NCBI GenBank assembly: GCA_963668675.2
Contig: CAXXMB010000002.1
Location: 1,056,001-1,120,000, forward strand
Reading direction: 5' to 3'
Source of the DNA: an uncultured Desulfatitalea sp.
GTDB lineage: Bacteria > Desulfobacterota > Desulfobacteria > Desulfobacterales > Desulfosarcinaceae
DNA: 64,000 bases
A model generated the notes under the pieces. The model saw only the letters and a list, made by a program, of their open reading frames with translations, ran no database searches and was not told the origin of the DNA. Both the position numbers and the translations under genes were made by a program. Position 1 is the stretch's first letter; each line of letters begins with the position of its first letter. This document shows positions 43,035-51,975 of the stretch, one piece after another.

Positions 43035-44105
43035 TCAACCTTCTCTGACTTTTTCCGACAGCGCTTTGGTCAGCTCAAGCACCCGGTGGCTCAATTCGGG
43101 CGTCAGAGAACCGGTGCCGCAGCTGGGGGTAATGAACGACTGCCGACGCACCAGCTCCTTGTCGATGCCCTGGTCGGCCATTCGCTGCAAGCATTGCTGC
43201 CACAACGACCAGAGGGAATCGATGTTGGCCGCCGCAACCTGATCGGCCTGGGAGGTGGGCACCAATCCCCAGGCGAGACATCCGCCATTTTTCAAAAAAC
43301 GGTCGATCTTCTCCCGATATAGAATAAATTTGTCGAAGTAACCGTAGGCATCGAAATTGATGATATCCACATTCGAATCGAGCAGCAGGGACCAATCGGT
43401 ATTGGCGCACACATGGACACCGGCCAGTCCGCCATGCTGGTGGATCGCATCGATCACCTCCTGCAGGCAGCCGGTGATGTCTTCCCGTGAGATGCTGATC
43501 AGCTCGGACGATCCGTAACTGGCCAGAACCGGTTCATCGATAAAGACAATGGTCGGTACACCCGCCGTTGCGAGACGCTGCACCTGCCAGGCCGCTTTAA
43601 GCGCCAGCATCTTCACGGCCGCATCGCGCAGGCTGTCATTGTAGAAGACAGCGCGCCGATCCTGATCGGTCAGGGAGGTGCAGAAAGTGATCGGACCGGT
43701 GACTTGGCCCTTGACCGCAAACAGGCCATCGGGCTGTCCACCCAACAGTTCCATCAGGGTAAAGAATCCCTCGGCGATGTCGGCCCCAAGGGCAAAACGG
43801 CTCTCTTCCAAAAGACCACCGTCTCCTGCCACCGCAAGGTACTCCTCGAAAAAAGCGACCATCTCCTCATCAAATCCTTCAGCGGCCGTATCCACGTAGG
43901 TTCGCTCATCCCCCGTCACCAGCCCCGGCATTCCGGGGACAAACTGCTCCACCATGCCTTCGTTCTTGTAAACGGGCAGCTGCGCCCAATTGGGGATCTC
44001 AGGCACAAAACGCAACACCAGCCGGGCGGCTTCGCTATGGTCTTTCAGCGGTTGACTGCCGATCAGCATCGGCCGCCCCGCCGGTTCTATTCTATATTCC
44101 GTCAT
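43035..44105 (-). CDS. Core (single-barrel) cobalamin-independent methionine synthase-like protein
   Basis: LIGS N-terminus, KGQVTGP, IDEP, GVHVCA (HxC), FDAY, TPSCG zinc ligands; about half the length of MetE. Confidence 0.78.
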   Translation of the reverse strand: MTEYRIEPAGRPMLIGSQPLKDHSEAARLVLRFVPEIPNWAQLPVYKNEGMVEQFVPGMPGLVTGDERTYVDTAAEGFDEEMVAFFEEYLAVAGDGGLLEESRFALGADIAEGFFTLMELLGGQPDGLFAVKGQVTGPITFCTSLTDQDRRAVFYNDSLRDAAVKMLALKAAWQVQRLATAGVPTIVFIDEPVLASYGSSELISISREDITGCLQEVIDAIHQHGGLAGVHVCANTDWSLLLDSNVDIINFDAYGYFDKFILYREKIDRFLKNGGCLAWGLVPTSQADQVAAANIDSLWSLWQQCLQRMADQGIDKELVRRQSFITPSCGTGSLTPELSHRVLELTKALSEKVREG

Positions 44106-44332
44106 ATCCTTTTCCTGTCTTGAACGATCAACCAAAACTGATTTTTAACACGGATTGCATCCCCTGTGGCTCTTGCATCCAGGCCCGGACATTACCATAC
44201 GGCACCGGACCGCACAAGGTTTATGGCGCCGGGCCACTGCCAACCGCCACGCCACAGGATCTCTTTTCGCCCAAAAATGGCTTCAGTCACGACCCATCAA
44301 CCGCCAGCCTTCAGAATGCCCCTTGCCCTTGA

Positions 44333-44361
44333 TTGACACCCTCATGCGGGGGTGGTATATT
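44333..44361 (+). promoter_or_regulatory. Sigma70 promoter
   Basis: TTGACA (44333-44338), exactly 17 nt, TGg-TATATT (44356-44361, extended -10). Confidence 0.65.
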
Positions 44362-44404
44362 TCGAACCTCTGCTCCTAAAACAGGGTGGCCCCAAGGAGA
44401 GCCC

Positions 44405-44812
44405 ATGAGCAAGGTCATTTCGCTGGACCATAAGCTGAAACTCAATGCCGAAGAAAAAGCCGCCGTTTTTCGCAAACAGAAAATCATGGCTGTTCGCAAG
44501 GTGTTTCAGTGCAGCCACTGCCCGTCCAAATGCGAGCGCTGCGGCACGGCATTGGGAATGGATCCCAGGGAGCAGGGGGAGCATCCCAAAACGCCCTACC
44601 ACTTCTGTATCAGCTGCGCGGAGGAGTATATCGACTATGTTAAGCGGCTGCAGGGCAAGGGAGACCCGGAGGCATACTGGCACAATCACGACTGGCTCAA
44701 AGCCTGGCATGCATGGATCGAATACCAAGGCGCCGTTGACAGATACATGCACTCCAAGGAGTTTCGAAAACTATTGGACGAACTGGGGCCCGACGGGCTC
44801 AAATGCGATTAG
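44405..44812 (+). CDS. Hypothetical Cys-rich (zinc-finger-like) protein
   Basis: AAGGAG RBS; CSHCPSKCERC and FCISC. Confidence 0.75.
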   Translation: MSKVISLDHKLKLNAEEKAAVFRKQKIMAVRKVFQCSHCPSKCERCGTALGMDPREQGEHPKTPYHFCISCAEEYIDYVKRLQGKGDPEAYWHNHDWLKAWHAWIEYQGAVDRYMHSKEFRKLLDELGPDGLKCD

Positions 44813-44872
44813 CGGCACCCTGCAGGCCCGCCAGATGGACGGCCAGGCAGCGATGCGAACAAGGAGAGATAT

Positions 44873-45055
44873 ATGTTTGGTATCGGAATTCCCGAATTGA
44901 TAATCATTCTGGTGATCATCCTGATCATTTTCGGTGCCGGCAAGCTACCGGAAATTGGTGGCGGCATGGGGAAAGCCATCCGCAATTTCCGTGATGCCAC
45001 CCACGATAAGGATGCTAAAAAACAGGATAAAATAGAAGACGACAAAACCACCTGA
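44873..45055 (+). CDS. tatA: Twin-arginine translocase TatA/TatE subunit
   Basis: [48 protein letters not shown]. Confidence 0.95.
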   Translation: MFGIGIPELIIILVIILIIFGAGKLPEIGGGMGKAIRNFRDATHDKDAKKQDKIEDDKTT

Positions 45056-45415
45056 ACGGCATCAGCTGATTCCCTATCGATACCCCGGATACCCTGGACA
45101 GCTCCCTTGTGCACATCAGGGCGCTGAATCCACGGGACGGGACGGTTGGTTGCTGAAACACCAAATTTGCTCACCAAAGCCACTTCCGAAGGTACGCCAC
45201 AATCCAATATCACCACCGCAGTCTGCCATTAACTGACATCCAGTCCCAAAGCAAGCAGGACCTAACGGCACTTTGACTGCGGGCAAATCGATCTTATTAC
45301 ATCCTAATATGAATGATCATCGCCGAATGGGATGAAACAGGTCGTTTCGCCCCTAGCGCATCCGTAAAGCATAGGGTCGGAAAACGACCCAAGCTATCGA
45401 TATAGTGAGGACACC

Positions 45416-46084
45416 ATGCGTATCACACTCATATCATTGATTCTGTTACTGTCAGCCACTCTCGCGCAGGCATCGGATATCGAAGGGAGCATCATCGTTA
45501 TGGACCGCTCGGGTCAATCCCCTTTGAAGAGCAATGCCTATGCCGTCGTTTACCTGGAGGGGTTCTCCACTGAACCGACCGGCACAGCGATGATGGACCA
45601 ACAGGGCAAGCGATTTATCCCGCGCCTGCTGGCGGTCGTCAGTGGCCAACCGATCCGGTTCTCCAACTCGGACATTTATCAGCACAGCGTTTTTTCGCCC
45701 CATGCTGAAGAACCGTTCGATTTGTCGCGTTACCGCCGGGGAGAATCCCGAATCGTCGTGCTCAGGGAGATCGGCCCGCACACCATCTATTGCAACATCC
45801 ATCAAGACATGATCGCTGACGTTTTTGTAGTTCCAAACCGCTACTTTTCACTCACCGATGATGCAGGCAACTTCCGCATCACCGACGTGCCTGAGGGTGA
45901 CCACCGCGTGCGGGTTTGGCACATCCTGGGCGGTAGCGCCGCCCGTTCGGTGACAGTCGGCAACGAGAACCTGTCCATCACACTTCGGCTGAGGAGCCGA
46001 AAAATGGTGGTGGAGAAGCCCGAAGCTCCGCAACTCAGCCCACAAGATACCCCCTACGACTACGACAAGGAAAGCGACTATTAA
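45416..46084 (+). CDS. Secreted cupredoxin-like / carboxypeptidase-regulatory-like protein
   Basis: Signal peptide (AQA), DQ..KRFIP, FSNSD..HSVFS, YCNIHQDM, TDDAGNFRI..VPEG..RVWH. Confidence 0.78.
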   Translation: MRITLISLILLLSATLAQASDIEGSIIVMDRSGQSPLKSNAYAVVYLEGFSTEPTGTAMMDQQGKRFIPRLLAVVSGQPIRFSNSDIYQHSVFSPHAEEPFDLSRYRRGESRIVVLREIGPHTIYCNIHQDMIADVFVVPNRYFSLTDDAGNFRITDVPEGDHRVRVWHILGGSAARSVTVGNENLSITLRLRSRKMVVEKPEAPQLSPQDTPYDYDKESDY

Positions 46085-47837
46085 AACGACGACCCTGCAT
46101 TTTCCGTTCAAGTATAAGCTGGCGGCCGCCATTGCAGCCATCGTGCTGGGGGTGCTGGCAGGCACCTTTTTTGTCCTGCAGCGTCAGATCGAGTCCAACG
46201 CCGTCACCGGCATCAAATCGGATCTGCAGGCAACCCGCCGGATGGTGGCCGATCTGATCGAAGAGCGCGGGATACGCCTCAACGAGCTGGGGAAAGCGGT
46301 AGTGGGCAGTGAGTTGATGCGCACCATCCTCACCGACACCACACTGGACCGGTTGACCAGCGACGATATCGTGCTCAACGAAATCATGCCGAGCTACCCT
46401 CAGCTCTCTCTACTCAGTGCGGTGGACAACCGGGGGACCGTCCGCGCCAGCAACCCCCTCGGGCCGGATATCATTTCGGTGCTCAAGCTGAACGAACGTC
46501 TGAAAAGCGAGCTCAACGGTTGGACCGCCCACGGTTTCTTCCGCTTGGGTCGAAGCTACCACCAGATCATTGCGCAACCGCTGATGATCGGACCGCCTGA
46601 ACGGCGTGAGATGCTCGGCGCCGTCATTTTGGGCATCGCCTGGACCGCAAAGGATCTGGCCAAACTGCGCAACCTGAGTGGGGCCGACCTCGCCCTGCTG
46701 GCCGATGACGGCATTGTGTCGTCCGCTGGGGAGGCGTTTGGGTCAACGGCGGCAAAGGGCCAACCCGACTTCCTGCCGACGGAGAAATTGGCCCGAATTC
46801 CCGTTGCGGCGCCGGAGATGCACACCGTGGCCGGAGAGCGCTATCTGTTCCTGAGAATCGAAAGCAGGGCCGAGAGCGGGATGCCGACCTTTATCGTCGC
46901 CAAATCCCTGGATGCCCAACTGGACTTCGTCAACGATATCCGCCAAGTGATGCTTGAATTTGCCGGAATTGGCGTCGTGGTAAGTGTTGTGGTCAGCTTC
47001 CTGATGGCCATGGGGATCGCCAGGCCCATCCAGACCTTGACGGCCGCCGCCCGCAATGTGGCCAACGACAACTTCGGAATTCGCGTCGTGGTGCGGAGCA
47101 AAGATGAATTTGCCCAACTCGGGGATGCCTTCAATCAGATGATCGAAGGCCTGCGGGAGAGGGACCTGATCCGTTCCACCTTTGGGCGCTATGTGGACCG
47201 TGACGTGGCCCAGCGGCTGCTCGAACGCCCGGAATCATTGCGACTGGGCGGTGAAAAAAGGGATGTGGTGGTTTTCATGGCCGACATCCGTGGCTTTTCA
47301 AGCCTCTCGGAGCAGCTCAGTCCAGAGCAGACGGTCCGGCTGCTCAACCGCTACTTTGCCCACATCATCCGCATCATCCAAACGAGGGGTGGTGTGGTGG
47401 TCGATTTTGTGGGCGACGGCATCCTGGTCCTCTTCGACCCTCTGGAGAGCGACCTGGATACAATGGCCTCAGCGGCGGTGAGTTGCGCATTTGAGATGCA
47501 GGGGCGGCTGGCCCAAGTGAATGCGGAGATGGCCGCGGACGGGTTGCCCAGCATTGCCATCGGTATCGGCCTGAACGCCGGTCCGGCCATTGTCGGCAAT
47601 ATCGGTTCCAAAGACCGCGCCAAATTCGGCATCGTGGGTGCCGAGGTCAACCTGACCCAGCGCATCCAGGGAGAAGCGAAGCCGGGTGAGGTGGTGCTTT
47701 CAGCAACAATCTACGAAAGAATTCGGACCACAGTGCGCGTCGACAAGAAGTTCCGTTGCGAGCTGAAAGGATTCCAACAGCCACGAACCCTCTATGCGGT
47801 TGTACCGGCTGAAGGCAATGCGGCCATACCAACCTGA
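46080..47837 (+). CDS. Membrane-bound class III adenylate/guanylate cyclase with periplasmic sensor and HAMP domain
   Basis: Two TM segments, HAMP (DEFAQLGDAFNQM), FMADIRGFS, DFVGDG, IGIGLNAG, VNLTQR. First canonical start is GTG 46143, but the TM helix begins upstream, so the start is tentatively ATT 46080. Confidence 0.85.
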   Translation: MKTTTLHFPFKYKLAAAIAAIVLGVLAGTFFVLQRQIESNAVTGIKSDLQATRRMVADLIEERGIRLNELGKAVVGSELMRTILTDTTLDRLTSDDIVLNEIMPSYPQLSLLSAVDNRGTVRASNPLGPDIISVLKLNERLKSELNGWTAHGFFRLGRSYHQIIAQPLMIGPPERREMLGAVILGIAWTAKDLAKLRNLSGADLALLADDGIVSSAGEAFGSTAAKGQPDFLPTEKLARIPVAAPEMHTVAGERYLFLRIESRAESGMPTFIVAKSLDAQLDFVNDIRQVMLEFAGIGVVVSVVVSFLMAMGIARPIQTLTAAARNVANDNFGIRVVVRSKDEFAQLGDAFNQMIEGLRERDLIRSTFGRYVDRDVAQRLLERPESLRLGGEKRDVVVFMADIRGFSSLSEQLSPEQTVRLLNRYFAHIIRIIQTRGGVVVDFVGDGILVLFDPLESDLDTMASAAVSCAFEMQGRLAQVNAEMAADGLPSIAIGIGLNAGPAIVGNIGSKDRAKFGIVGAEVNLTQRIQGEAKPGEVVLSATIYERIRTTVRVDKKFRCELKGFQQPRTLYAVVPAEGNAAIPT

Positions 47838-47842
47838 AAGGC

Positions 47843-48745
47843 TCAAGAGAGAAACAGAGCCAGCAGGTCCGACTGGTGCGCCTTCTGCACTGCCATATCC
47901 GCCTTAAGCAGCCCCAACACCCCGGCATTCCAGTTCGCCCCGGCCCCGAGTCCGGCGGCCACTTCCGGGCGAAGCAGCGCCTCTTGAACCTCCTGGGCAT
48001 GATCTGCCTCTCCGGCATCTGTCAGATCCGACCAGTGGACCAGCAGATCGACGGTATGGACCACCCAGGCATAGAGGGCGTGATCCCTGGCGCTCTCGGG
48101 GTGATGGTGATGTCCGACGCCGTGGACGACGGAATCGGGCAGCATCCAGCGCGACAGCAGCCTTAGGGCGACCTCGGCATGCGTCATTCCGAACAGACGC
48201 TTCTCCGACACGTATATCCTGTACCCGGCCGGTGCGGCCGACCTGACCATATCGGCATAAGCTTCGGGCAGCGCCATGTAGATCATCAGCTTTCCGATGT
48301 CGTGGACCAGGCAGGGCAAGTAGTAATCCTGCTTGCGCCCACTGGTCCGGCGGCCGACCAGTTTGGCGGCCAGGGCGCAACTGAAGGCGTGCTCCCAAAA
48401 TGACCTCAGGTCCATGGTCCCGTTCTTCTCCAGCTGTTTGAAGCTGTTGAAGATGGCCTGCGTAATGACCATGTTGCGTATCTCCACATACCCCAGAATC
48501 GAGAGGGCGTGCTGCAGGGAGTCGACCCGTTTAGGTAATCCATAGAAGACCGAATTGGCTATTTTAAGCACATTGATGCTGATGGCCTGGTCGGCCTGGA
48601 TCACATTGAAGAGCGCTTCGGTGGAACTCTCCGCATCGGCCGTGATCTCCATCACACGGTTCACCACCGCGGGGAGCGTCGGAAAACCGTCGATAAGATC
48701 GTTCAAGTGGGTCTCTATCAGCGGATGCATGTTTCTCTGTGCCAT
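47843..48745 (-). CDS. HDOD domain protein
   Basis: FPTLPAV, DQAIS..VLKIANS, FWEHA, VHDIGKL, E..LFGMTHAEV, HHHP. Confidence 0.92.
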   Translation of the reverse strand: MAQRNMHPLIETHLNDLIDGFPTLPAVVNRVMEITADAESSTEALFNVIQADQAISINVLKIANSVFYGLPKRVDSLQHALSILGYVEIRNMVITQAIFNSFKQLEKNGTMDLRSFWEHAFSCALAAKLVGRRTSGRKQDYYLPCLVHDIGKLMIYMALPEAYADMVRSAAPAGYRIYVSEKRLFGMTHAEVALRLLSRWMLPDSVVHGVGHHHHPESARDHALYAWVVHTVDLLVHWSDLTDAGEADHAQEVQEALLRPEVAAGLGAGANWNAGVLGLLKADMAVQKAHQSDLLALFLS

Positions 48746-48769
48746 AATCGGGTAAATAAGGCTACCGGT

Positions 48770-51520
48770 TTATGAAGATACCGGCTTTTCTCTCTGCTGG
48801 ACACGATGTACCAGATCGTCATCGCGCAGGGCAGTTGCCGGGTTCTCCTCCAAAGCGTCCAGAAAGATGTCGATCAGATGGGGGTCGAATTGGGTACCGG
48901 CATTGGCAATCAACTCGTCAACAATCTGCCGGCCAGTCAAAGGTGGCCGATAAGGCCTCTCCGACATCATGGCGGTGACGGCATCGGCAATGGCGAAGAT
49001 GCGCGCGCCCAGAGGGATCTGCTCTCCTTTCAAACCGGTCGGATAGCCACTCCCATCATAGCGTTCCTGGTGGTAAAGCAAGATCTCCCGCTCATTCCGG
49101 AAGAACTCGAACAGGCGCGTCAACTCCGCCAGCATGGTGGCGTGATTCTCAATAAAGGCCCGGTCTTCGCGGTTCAGCGGCCCCGTCTTGCCAAGCACCG
49201 AATCGGGCAGCAGAACCTTGAGATGATCGTGCATCATGGCCGCCCGCTTGATCGTCTCCACCACCGCTCCGGGAAGCCTCATCTTCTGCCCCATCATTTC
49301 GATCTGGGCGGTTGACTGGCGATTGTGTGCTTTAAATTTGCCGGCCCCCAGTTGATCGAACAGCAAAGTGAGAGAATTCAATGAGGCCTTTTTGGTCTTC
49401 TCCAGAATCGTGGCCATCCGCTCTCGGAAGTAAGCCATGTCTACCTCCGACTGCGCTTCTTGGAGATGCTCCTTCGACTTCTCCAAATAGGCCTTGATAC
49501 GGTTGCGCCCCTCCGCCTTTGCGCGATAGAGCGCTTTGTCAGCAAAGGCCAACATGCTCCTCACGTCTTGGGGCCGGTGCTCCTTGAACGAGACGCTGCC
49601 GATACTGATCGTCGCATTGGTAGCTGTTTCACCGTCGCGAAAAGTGTACGCCTCGACGGCGCTGCGCAGTTTCTCACCTGTGTTGCAAGCGCCTTCGATA
49701 TCCGTATTGGGCAGCAGGACCAAAAACTCTTCGCCACCGTAGCGAAAGCAGAAATCGCTTTCACGCACGTTCTCCGCCAGGTGCTGGGCAAAACGTTTGA
49801 GCACGAAATCACCGAAGATGTGCCCGTATGAATCATTGATCTGCTTGAAGAAATCCATATCGATGAGCAAGCAGGAAAGGTCGTTACCGTAGCGCTGGGC
49901 GCGGGAGAACTCCCGCTCAAGCAGCTCGTTCATGTAGCGTCGATTGAAGAGTCCGGTGAGATCATCGCGCACCGACATGTCAGCCATCTTCTCCATGGCC
50001 TGGTTTACTTCCCCTTTGAGGCGGTGTTTTTCCAGCGTGTGGGCGATGACACGTAGTAAATTGGGACGATCCAGGTGGGATTTGGGCAGGTAGTCGTAAG
50101 CCCCGGCCTGGATAGCCTGGGCGGCGATCATCTCGTCGCCGTGGCCGGTGCTGAAAATGACGGGAGTGTCGATCTGGAGCTTCTCCAGGTCGGCCAGAAA
50201 CTCCAGTCCGTTGCCTGAGGGCAGCAGGTAGTCCAGGATGACGATATGAAACGGCGTGTCGACGATCTTCTCCAGCGCCTCTGAAAAACTGAATGCCCGC
50301 GTGATGTGGACACCCTGTTCGTCGACCAAGGCAGCGACAATGCGCTCAAAATCGGCGTCACTATCTTCGATGACCAGCAGGTTGACCTCACGCTCCAGGG
50401 TGACGATCCCCCGACCGGCCTTGGCCGGTTGGGCCTGATCCGGACGGATGCTCTGGATCTTTTTGACGATTTCGGCGATACGATGGCCGGCCTCTTTGAT
50501 TTTGTCCAGATGGGAAGCCACCATGACCGGATCGTCACGGTCAAATGCGAACAGGTCGATATAGCCCATCAGCGCAACGAGGGGCTGATTTAGCTCGTGG
50601 GCCGTGGCGCCGGCCATCTGCAGCAGGACTTTGAGACGCTCCTCTTCAATGACCGCCTGCTGCTGATCGACAATCTTGCGGTTGGCCGTCTCCAGCTTGC
50701 TGACATTGGCCTGCAACTCTTCGGTGGCCTTTCGCAGGGCCGCCTCCATCTGCTTGCGTTCGGTGATGTCCACCAGGACGCCGACAACGCCTTTGACCTC
50801 TCCCACCGCATCCACGAAACACGCCTTGGAGACAATTACATCGCGCAGCTCATTGTCACAGTTGTAGAGCGCCGCCTCCAGGCCCTGCTTCTCTTTGGAA
50901 AACAACACGGCGTTTTCCGACTCGATCATCTCACGGGTGGGCGGTGGCCGAAGGACCTCCCGGGCCCGTTTGCCGACAATCTCCTCCTTGGTTTTACCCA
51001 GAAAGGCCTCGAAGGCCTTGTTGCAGCCAAGGTAGCGCCCCTCTCTGTCCCGGTAGAAGATCGGGTTGGGGATGGTCTCCAGCAGAGTGTTCAACAGAAC
51101 GTTCTGTTCGGTCAACGCCCGGCGGGCATCCCTGGTTGCCACTGCATGCCGGATGGCACGCCCAAGCAGCTCTGCCGTTAGATCACCCTTGATCAAATAG
51201 TCGGCAGCGCCGCTCTTCATGGCTTGAACGGCAATGGTCTCATCGCCTTGTCCAGTCAAAAAGATGATCGGTGTGGAGAGAACAGAGTCGTGGTCATCCA
51301 ACGCTTCTAAAAACGATAGGCCATCCATGTCCGGCAGATTGAAATCGAGAAGAACACAATCGATCGTATCAGATCGGAGGATTGCCAAGCCCTGGTCAGC
51401 ATCTTCAGCCTCCTTGATGGCATACCCCTCCTTGCTCACCGTCGCAAGCATCCGCCGATAGCTGTAACGATCCTCAGGATTGTCGTCCACGATAAGGATG
51501 GTCACGGGATCCATACTCAT
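48770..51520 (-). CDS. Multidomain response regulator / diguanylate cyclase (REC-PAS-HisKA-like-REC-GGDEF-HD-GYP-like)
   Basis: ILIVDD..LDFNLP, PAS (IFYRDREGRYLGCN), AHELNQPL, second REC, DDLTGLFNRR..RYGGEEF, HQERYDGSGYP. Confidence 0.9.
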   Translation of the reverse strand: MSMDPVTILIVDDNPEDRYSYRRMLATVSKEGYAIKEAEDADQGLAILRSDTIDCVLLDFNLPDMDGLSFLEALDDHDSVLSTPIIFLTGQGDETIAVQAMKSGAADYLIKGDLTAELLGRAIRHAVATRDARRALTEQNVLLNTLLETIPNPIFYRDREGRYLGCNKAFEAFLGKTKEEIVGKRAREVLRPPPTREMIESENAVLFSKEKQGLEAALYNCDNELRDVIVSKACFVDAVGEVKGVVGVLVDITERKQMEAALRKATEELQANVSKLETANRKIVDQQQAVIEEERLKVLLQMAGATAHELNQPLVALMGYIDLFAFDRDDPVMVASHLDKIKEAGHRIAEIVKKIQSIRPDQAQPAKAGRGIVTLEREVNLLVIEDSDADFERIVAALVDEQGVHITRAFSFSEALEKIVDTPFHIVILDYLLPSGNGLEFLADLEKLQIDTPVIFSTGHGDEMIAAQAIQAGAYDYLPKSHLDRPNLLRVIAHTLEKHRLKGEVNQAMEKMADMSVRDDLTGLFNRRYMNELLEREFSRAQRYGNDLSCLLIDMDFFKQINDSYGHIFGDFVLKRFAQHLAENVRESDFCFRYGGEEFLVLLPNTDIEGACNTGEKLRSAVEAYTFRDGETATNATISIGSVSFKEHRPQDVRSMLAFADKALYRAKAEGRNRIKAYLEKSKEHLQEAQSEVDMAYFRERMATILEKTKKASLNSLTLLFDQLGAGKFKAHNRQSTAQIEMMGQKMRLPGAVVETIKRAAMMHDHLKVLLPDSVLGKTGPLNREDRAFIENHATMLAELTRLFEFFRNEREILLYHQERYDGSGYPTGLKGEQIPLGARIFAIADAVTAMMSERPYRPPLTGRQIVDELIANAGTQFDPHLIDIFLDALEENPATALRDDDLVHRVQQREKPVSS

Positions 51521-51975
51521 ACCCCTTGCGCCTCCTTGGGCAGCTCAACGGTTTCGAACCAATAGGCGGACAAGTTCTGAATCGCTGCAACCAACTGCCC
51601 CGGCTTTATGGGTTTGCAGATGTAACCGGCGGCACCCAGCGCATAGGCCTGTTCAATATCTTTCCGGGACCTGGATGTGGTCAGCACAATGGCCGGGATG
51701 ATCCGCAGCTTGGGACTCTTTTTAATCGCCGCCAGCACCTCAGCGCTGCCCATGCCCGGCAGATTCAAATCGATCAGTATAACGGCCGGCCGGGGAAATG
51801 GCCGTTTGTCCTTATAGACTCCCCGGTGAAAGAGATAGTCCAGGGTCTGATCGCCATCTTCACATCGAAAGAGAGGGTTTCTCATCCCCACCGCTTTGAA
51901 GGCCCTCAAGAGGATCTGGTAGTCTTCGGGACTGTCTTCCACAATCAGGATCGGTGCGTGTTGCCCCTTGGTCAT
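51517..51975 (-). CDS. Single-domain response regulator (Rcp1/CheY-like)
   Basis: ILIVEDS, ILIDLNLP, IVLTTS, YICKP, YWF tail. Confidence 0.9.
   Translation of the reverse strand: MTKGQHAPILIVEDSPEDYQILLRAFKAVGMRNPLFRCEDGDQTLDYLFHRGVYKDKRPFPRPAVILIDLNLPGMGSAEVLAAIKKSPKLRIIPAIVLTTSRSRKDIEQAYALGAAGYICKPIKPGQLVAAIQNLSAYWFETVELPKEAQGV

Noticed and set aside
44140..44330. Cobalamin or SAM riboswitch upstream of the methionine synthase-like gene
   Set aside because: GCCACTG is on the wrong strand and the other conserved boxes are absent
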